This document shows positions 57,311 to 64,000 of a DNA stretch of 64,000 nt, piece by piece. Source of the DNA: Octopus vulgaris (taxonomy: Eukaryota); assembly GCA_951406725.2 (NCBI GenBank), contig OX597832.1, positions 18,848,001-18,912,000 on the forward strand, in the 5' to 3' direction. Within the stretch, counting starts at the first letter, position 1. The number at the start of each line of letters is the position of its first letter. A model generated the notes under the pieces. The model did not search any database. It was not told the DNA's origin and saw only the letters and a program-made list of their open reading frames with translations. A program made the translations under genes and the position numbers.

Positions 57311-57763
57311 TAAATTAGTAATGCAATACTACAGTATTGCTTTCCAGTAAAGAATAGCCCGTGAGGGAAAAATACACAAAGTAGTAAATATATGGCACAA
57401 CGAAGTACCGATATTTACTGGAAATAGCGAACGTAATAATACGACGCTAATGTATAGCTTCACCGCGTATGTATTAGCAAAAATGCGTGTGTGCAACAAA
57501 CTAGAAAAGATTGTCTTACCTCCAGGGAGAACATCTGAAAGATGAAATACCTGGAAAAGGATAATGTGGGACCTGCAGGTTTCAGATTTTACAAGATATG
57601 TCTGCCACCCATAATCTTGTTCTATCTTCATCAGCCAAGCATATACCATGACAAATCTACGATGTTACCACATTAAAGCCATTACAATCGACTGAAACGC
57701 CGAAACGCCAACAGCACGAAAACGGTGAAGAAGCTTCAATAAATTAGTAATGCAATACTACAG
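57311..57763 (-). mobile_element. Retrozyme-like / solo pLTR unit (429 bp) with 24-bp direct terminal repeats
   Basis: taaattagtaatgcaatactacag at 57311-57334 and 57740-57763; canonical hammerhead inside; abuts (TA)n. Confidence 0.7.
57564..57642 (-). ncRNA. Type I hammerhead ribozyme with intact catalytic core
   Basis: AUG-cu-UGG CUGAUGA AGAU aga ACAAGAU [16 nt] AUCUUGU aaa AUCU GAA ACC-UGCA-GGU C^ CCA-CAU; predicted cleavage between plus-strand 57570 and 57569. Confidence 0.88.
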
Positions 57764-57911
57764 AAACCAAAGATAAAACTTAGTACATACATATATACAT
57801 AAATGCATGTGTGTGTATATATAGATAAACAGACAGATGCATGTGCATGTATTTCTGTGTGTGTGTGAGAGAGAGGGGGCAGTGTGTATAAATATTTACC
57901 TATGTACACAT

Positions 57912-58278
57912 CTTTTACTTGTTTCAGTCATTGGACTGCGGTCATGCTGTTGCACCGTCTTGAAGAATTTTTACTCGAACGGATCGACACCTGTACATAA
58001 TTTTTCAAACCTGGTACTTATTCTATCAATTTCTTTTGCCGAACTACTAGGTTACGGGGAAGTAAACACACCAACACCGGTTGTCAAGCGGTGGTGGGGG
58101 AACGAAACAGACAATATTGCAATATCTATACATACATGAGAGGGTCTTCTTTCAGTTTCCGTCTACCAAATTCACTCACAAAGCTTTAGTCGGCCCTGCG
58201 CTATATTTGAAGACACTCCCCCAAGGTGTTACGCAGTGGCAAGGATCCTGGAACGATATGGTTGGGAAGCAAGCTTCT
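57912..58278 (-). mobile_element. SINE family A (diverged)
   Basis: cttttacttgtttcagtcattggactgcgg... through ggttgggaagcaagctt. Confidence 0.85.
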
Positions 58279-58459
58279 TTTATTCATCAAATTGGCCATA
58301 TATTCATTCATTCATTCATTGTTCGACCGTGGTCGAGACAATTGAATTTACCATGCTACGCCAGACTTCACGGTCCATCATAGCATTATGCAGGTCCTGT
58401 TGCTGGATGCCTGTATCCCTGGAGATTACATCTGGGTTGGAGAGTGTGCGCCCTCTGGT

Positions 58460-60500
58460 ATTGCGAGTAAGGCCATAAAGGCCTTACAAAGACAGGAAGC
58501 TGTGAGCTGGACAAGGACACACTGAGATGAAATGATAAACGATTGGATAATAATGAAGGTAACAGCAACGCCCGTCGATTGCTGTTTACCCGAGCACATT
58601 GATCTTTATAAATACCACATTTGAGGCAACAAACTTCTTACACAGTTCAAAGTAAAACATCGATGAGCCAATAAACCTCTTGGATTTACAATACAAAAGC
58701 CATTGTGAGGCAATAAACCTCTTACACAAGTCAATCATAAAATCAATGAAACAATACAAATGAGGCACCAAGCCTCTTACTTTAATTAATTACAAATCTT
58801 CCTGTCCGACTTCTCGCCTTGGTCAAACATCTGGACGGTGTCAAGTCGGGCCGCTTGAATACGAAATTGAAAGTGTCCTCTGGAAGGAGTTGATTATCCT
58901 GCACAGATCCGTTTCCTGTATGACCTCCGCAGCCACCTGCGTTGGCAAGTCAGGGTCCTCCGTGCAGGACAGAATCCATTCCCTTCGACCCTTCTTTTTA
59001 AACTTCTTAATGATGTTTCCTATTGCCCTTCTCCTTTTGGAAGAGGACCACAAACTCCTCCTCCACAGCATGGAAGGGATCTATAGTTTCCGCCTTCGGT
59101 GGCACAACTTCCACCGAAGGTACTTCAGGACACGCCGGCAGTGTATCACAAACCGCCCGCAATGTCCCGTGTTTCATTGTTTTCCTTTTTTATCTGAGCC
59201 ACGCCAGGGTGGCGTTCCTCCGATTTGTCCAGCAGATCTTCCCCTCCTCCCACAGCCTTTGGATCCTTATGATCCTTCAGTAGGCAACCATTGTTGCCCA
59301 CCTTTCATTTTTTCCTTTTTTCCAGTAGCTTTCCACCTCCTCGACTTCCTCCTTCTATCCCTCCAATGACGGAGCAGGGAGCGGTATATTTATCAACTGC
59401 TCAAGGATCTTATTTTGGTCCTGGGGGCAATTATTTTGATGAGACCCTGTTCTAGGCACAGGTGACACTTAGGGGGGCCTCCCTCAAGCGTCACCGGATA
59501 CCTAGACCCGGCCGTTCTTAAAAACTGGAGATACCATATTTTCGGCTCTTGAGTCCATAGGATCAAAACAGCTTTTGACCCCTCCCAATCAGCCGCAGGC
59601 AGAATGTTCCCCCTTAGAAGCTTGGTACTGCTGCCACCCAGACCCCGGTGGATAGCATCTTATATCCACTCGGGCTCAATTCCGCGTAGCAAACCGCAGA
59701 CCCAAGCCCTCGTCAACTTCTTCCCACAATATGTAGGAAGAAACAAAATTTCATTTCCCTCCAAGGGCTGGCTTGCAAATTCGCAAGACTCTTCGGGGGT
59801 GGCAAACAGTAACCACACCGTTGCATATTTGACACCCCGGGAGATCAACTTAATAGAAGGCATATATTCTGCCAACTCCCTCTCAATCATGTTTTTCTCA
59901 AAGACGACAATAGTGTCGAGCGACTTTGAGTAAGTACTCAACACCATCATCTTCTTTTCAAATTCCTCCAACCATTTTTTGGCTGGTGTTATTTCCCATT
60001 CCATAAGTTTATCTTTGTTCTTTGCCATGTGAAAATAATAAGCAGTTCAAAACACAGTTCACAAAAATTCAAATAATAAAAGAGAAAAACAAAAAGAAAG
60101 TCTTAACAAAAGAAAGCAAAAAATGAACAGCTCAATGCAAAGTTTCAAAAATAAATGACAAAAAAAGAGAGGAAGCGAGAGTTCAAGACACAGCGAAAAA
60201 ATGTTTGGCCACACAGTTCTGCCGGCATTCAACTGGAACACAGTTTCTCACAATAATTCCTCGAAATTATTTTTTAAAAATCTCACGAAATTACAAAGGA
60301 ACAGTTCTCACAATTAATTGAGAATAACACAATTCTCAAATGAAATTATGTTTGGAGGCGGGATACGCCCCAAAAACCAATTCTCAGAATTAAGCGAGAA
60401 ACACAAAATGCTCTACTGCAGGCAGACCAAAGCCCATAGACCAGTGAGAACTCGTTGCTTGTACAAAAATAAAATATCACAAACAACGAATCACCACTAG
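58460..60500 (-). mobile_element. Tx1/L1-like element with decayed ORF1 (zinc knuckle) and no ORF2
   Basis: ORF 59660-60028 continues through stops and frameshifts to GRPPKCHLCLEQG...CP near 59420-59490 (CCHC-like), then a basic low-complexity region to 58841; ~470-bp T-rich leader; clade assignment is by recalled resemblance. Confidence 0.6.
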
Positions 60501-61317
60501 ACTCGAAAAGCGAAACGTCTTACCTTACAGTAGAGCAACTTTCAGTAACAACTTTCGTCCACTGTAAACCAGCGTGACGACTTCGATAACTCGATTGAGC
60601 GCAATCGGATGGGGGATGCTCGAGATCGTAGAAGACACACACACAGACAGACAGAACGGATTTTGTATAATAGATAAACTATTTATGTATGTATGTGTCT
60701 TTATGTTTGTTTGCTTTTCTTTTGTCTTGCCGGAACATCAGTATAAGTTATGTCATACATAAATTATTCTCATATCTCGACTTAATGAAACAGACATAAG
60801 CAGGCTTGCAATTTATTTCACTGTTTCTTTCTTTATTTATTTATTATTTGTCGTGTGATGCGACTGTTTGTTATTTATCTGATATGGAATATACTTTCGT
60901 TCTAAAACATTCTTATTTGAGTTTTTTCTGAGAGATTAATATCTCAAAAATATGTGTTTTTTAGGGTAGTGGTTTTGTGAGGCAATCGAATGCCTCTTTG
61001 GATGTAAACTGCAGTTGTTTATTAGTTAGATCTAAATCTTTAGTCAAGCACTTTCGGTGTTTCCCAAGTATCAATGAAACAGAACGTTCGTTACATTCGC
61101 GATTATTTTCATTCCTTCAACAAAGTTCTTTCCTTGGGTTTTATATTTCGCGATTATGTTAAAAATTTAGCTAGCAAAATTGATGCCGTGTCGAGTAAAA
61201 ACCGCTTAGTAGCGTTTGCGTTCATCTGACATCTCCTATGCATCTCAACCTTTCGATAAAAATATGTACTCAGCTTCTCCTGAACATGATGGTCTTGCGC
61301 CCAAATTTAAAAGCTTT

Positions 61318-61337
61318 ATGATTATAATAATAATAAC

Positions 61338-61384
<47 letters not shown>

Positions 61385-61458
61385 TAATAATAATAATAAT
61401 AATAATGATGATATTAATAATGATAATAATAATAATATTTATTATTATTATTATTATT

Positions 61459-61528
<70 letters not shown>

Positions 61529-61530
61529 AC
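61318..61530. repeat. (ATA)n/(ATT)n/(AGC)n/(AGT)n microsatellite
   Basis: Direct reading. Confidence 0.95.
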
Positions 61531-61531
61531 C

Positions 61532-62005
61532 ATAAGAAAATAGTGTTTGTTTTAACATTTGCGCTTACATACACAATATTTTACGTAGGATATGGGCAGT
61601 TCCCATGAGCACTATCTTTTGAATTTCTGCCATTTTGGGGTTTCCTGGTATCTGAGCTAGGTAGCAATTATCCCCTTTTGCTATCATTCCTATGGTACCT
61701 ATAACAATAGGTATTGATTCAGTCTTCAGGTTCCACATTTTGCTAATTTCTATTTCAAGATATTTATACCTGCTCAGTTTTTGGTAGGTCTTAACAGATA
61801 CTTTTATATCGATTTGGACAGTCATATCAATGAGGAGGCATGGTTATTTGTCTGAAGACTTTCAATATAATATCTGACCTATTTGCAGCTCTCTTTCTGT
61901 CAGTTTGAATGGTGAAGTTCCAGAGGAGTGAGATGTAATTTTTTTCAAGCACCATGGTTGGTTTGTGTTCCCACCAGATTTTATCATGGGACAAGTCCAG
62001 GTTTT
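61532..62005 (-). pseudogene. R4/Dong-clade endonuclease domain and 3' end
   Basis: LLWNFTIQTDR...RSDIIL...LLIDMTV...KLSRYKYLEIEISKMWNLKTESIPIVIGTIG...IQKIVLMGTAHILRKILCM*. Confidence 0.88.
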
Positions 62006-62011
62006 TGCTAA

Positions 62012-62200
62012 TTACTCAGTGGCACATCCATTAATGATGGTAGCTTCTATCACAGTAGGTAGTAATGTCTTCACAATCAACCATGTGTCATTGCATAATT
62101 TAGGAGGATGTAAATTTCTTAGAAGCATTATTGGGACTCCAGCCTTCATAAAAATGATTATGTGGTGGAGTTCCAGGCGGCTTAAGAGAAGTAAGGAACT
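62012..62200 (-). pseudogene. Helitron-type Pif1 helicase fragment
   Basis: [40 protein letters not shown] matches the [24 protein letters not shown] motif. Confidence 0.85.
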
Positions 62201-62439
62201 CTTTTTGGTAATGGACAGCTTGATTTTCATCAAGGACTGAATCAACTGATTTTGTGCTTCTTAACGGCTGTTGAAATCTTCTGCAGCAACTCTGCTTCAG
62301 TCGTTCTTTGTCTTTGCTGTTGTTTGCAGGGTTTTTACTCTGGCCACCTGTATTCGTCTTTGCTTCATTGTAGAATGCTAATAATCTATAAGTACCCCTA
62401 CCCCGTTTTTACCTGTAGAGAATGAGATCATTTTTCTTG

Positions 62440-62850
62440 GAAACATTTTTGAAAATTAAAATGGGGATTAAAGGAAAAAACGAAAGTTACGTGAATATCC
62501 TCGAGGAATGTGAAGACGCAGTCTGGAAAATGTAGCATTTTCCAATCGAAGTGGGGTGTAGAGGGTTTGTTGAACACAGTGTGAGACGACTGTTGTTATC
62601 TTTAGGCTTAACTCATCGTAAGGTAAATACCACCATGACCGATATCCAAACTACAGTGGAGAAGGCTTGCCACTGGATTTGGTTCAAAAGAGACGATGAG
62701 CAATGGTTACAGAAATAGTGAGCTTTATTTAATAACCTGTTAATCTAGTAAGCGGAGCCTCATATCAGCGAGGGAGGCCAGTGCGCATTGATGTCGTTGA
62801 GAGGTAGGCCCCAAAATGGCGCGCATTCTCTCCTGATGACACCATACACT
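62440..62850 (+). pseudogene. Hero-like retrotransposon C-terminus and 3' UTR
   Basis: Frame ending 62718 reads YVNILEECEDAVWKM*HFPIEVGCRGFV...VEKACHWIWFKRDDEQW (PIEVGCRGF motif). Confidence 0.85.
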
Positions 62851-63424
62851 GGCTGGCTACCTGTATGCGGAGTTCTCGACTGGTAGCACTTGCATGTGCA
62901 AGTTTTTGGCAAGATATCTATTGAAATAAATGGTGAAGAACACCGCACGCTCACACATACATATACACATGCAGTATCAAACATCAGCGTCCTTTTCCCT
63001 CCTGTTTTCCCCCTCCCTTTGTGCCAGGTTTCTTTCACCTTCACCTATAGAACATACATACAGTATCAAACATCAGCGTCTCTCCTTCTCCCTTTCAACT
63101 TCTGCTATAGAAATTTGTTTTCACTCTTTGTTTCTTTCTAGCTTCTCTCTGTTTTTTTCTCATTCTCCCTTTCTCTCGCTTACACATAATCTCTCTCACC
63201 CTCTTTAATAGTTACACTCTTCTAGTCTATGTCTGATTCTTTCTCTCTCCCACTCTCTCTTTCCCTCTTTCTTCCTAACTCACTCACACGCACTTTTAAC
63301 ATTTCTCTTTCTACCAAAAAACGAGGTGGGGAATGAGGAGATGGAGTAGGAGAAGTAAACAGCCACTTCCTTACTTTGCTTCTTTGTTTTTTCTCTATCT
63401 TTTCACTCCCACATTGGCATTAGG

Positions 63425-63577
63425 CACCGCCGAGGTCGACTTTGCCTTCTATCTTTTGAGGATCGATTAAATAAGTACCAGTTACGCACTGGGGTCGATG
63501 TAATCAACTTAATCCCTTTCGCTGTCATTGCTTGTCCCCTCTATGTTTAACCCCTTGTGGGCAATAAAGAAATAAAC
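63425..63577 (+). mobile_element. SINE family B, 5'-truncated
   Basis: ccgccgaggtcgactttgcc...ccccttgtgggcaataaagaaataa. Confidence 0.88.
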
Positions 63578-63904
63578 ATATATAGATATAGACGTAATAT
63601 ATTTTAGGCCAGCATAGATATAGATATCATATATTTTCGGTCAGCACAATATATTTTGTTAGTACTGCCCGCCATGTCTAAATCGACTGTATTCAGCAAT
63701 ACCTCCAGCTCTAAGTTACGTTAGTGAATCATTTTGCTAATCAAAACTGTGCAATATCGTAACATGGTGAAGAAATGCCTGCTTGCTGATATTAGGAATC
63801 TTCTGTAAAAAAAAGGTTAGTCTAGTACAGAGATGTAAGAATAAGATAAGATGGTAAAGGAATCAAGGGTTATATAATTTATTCCTTCATTTATTCCTAC
63901 CCTG

Positions 63905-64000
63905 AATACTCACTCTGCTCCTGCAGCGTCGTCTGAGCTGGTTTGCTCATGTAAACCACATACCGGACGGGAGGTTTCCAAAAGACCTCCTGTATGAAGA
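63905..64000 (+). pseudogene. RTE-like RT C-terminal fragment, runs off the window
   Basis: LLQRRLSWFAHVNHIPDGRFPKDLLYE matches RRLRWxGHVxRMxDxRxPKxxLY. Confidence 0.8.

Noticed and set aside
57329-57649. 106-aa ORF overlapping the hammerhead
   Set aside because: No recognisable domain; the RNA structure explains the sequence better
58622-58780. CRISPR-like repeat-spacer pattern
   Set aside because: Eukaryotic context, degenerate repeats, uneven spacing, no cas genes
60575-60675. Helitron-like non-autonomous end (acagacagac...tataatagat)
   Set aside because: Short recalled resemblance only; no matching other end found

Overview
AT-rich eukaryotic (metazoan) non-coding DNA, most likely intronic or intergenic sequence of a coleoid cephalopod such as Octopus (inferred from the SINE, transposon and microsatellite landscape; not verifiable here). 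I can support no host gene exon: almost all listed ORFs are translations of (TA)n, (CA)n, (GATA)n or trinucleotide microsatellites. The window is a mosaic of three tRNA-derived SINE groups, decayed LINEs (CR1/L2-like, RTE, R4/Dong, Hero, a Tx1/L1-like ORF1-only element), Tc1/mariner remnants and MITEs, a Helitron Pif1 fragment and two ~1.1 kb tandem duplications. The most interesting signal is non-coding: several unrelated families of type I hammerhead ribozyme (HHR) motifs with short palindromic stem III. One has a fully canonical core (57564-57642, minus strand) and sits in a 429-bp unit with 24-bp terminal redundancy. Another (31245-31287, minus) sits in a 357-bp unit with 67-bp terminal redundancy. 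This architecture fits retrozyme-like or Penelope-mobilised small circular RNA elements. All pairings and coordinates were read by eye; boundaries of decayed elements are approximate.
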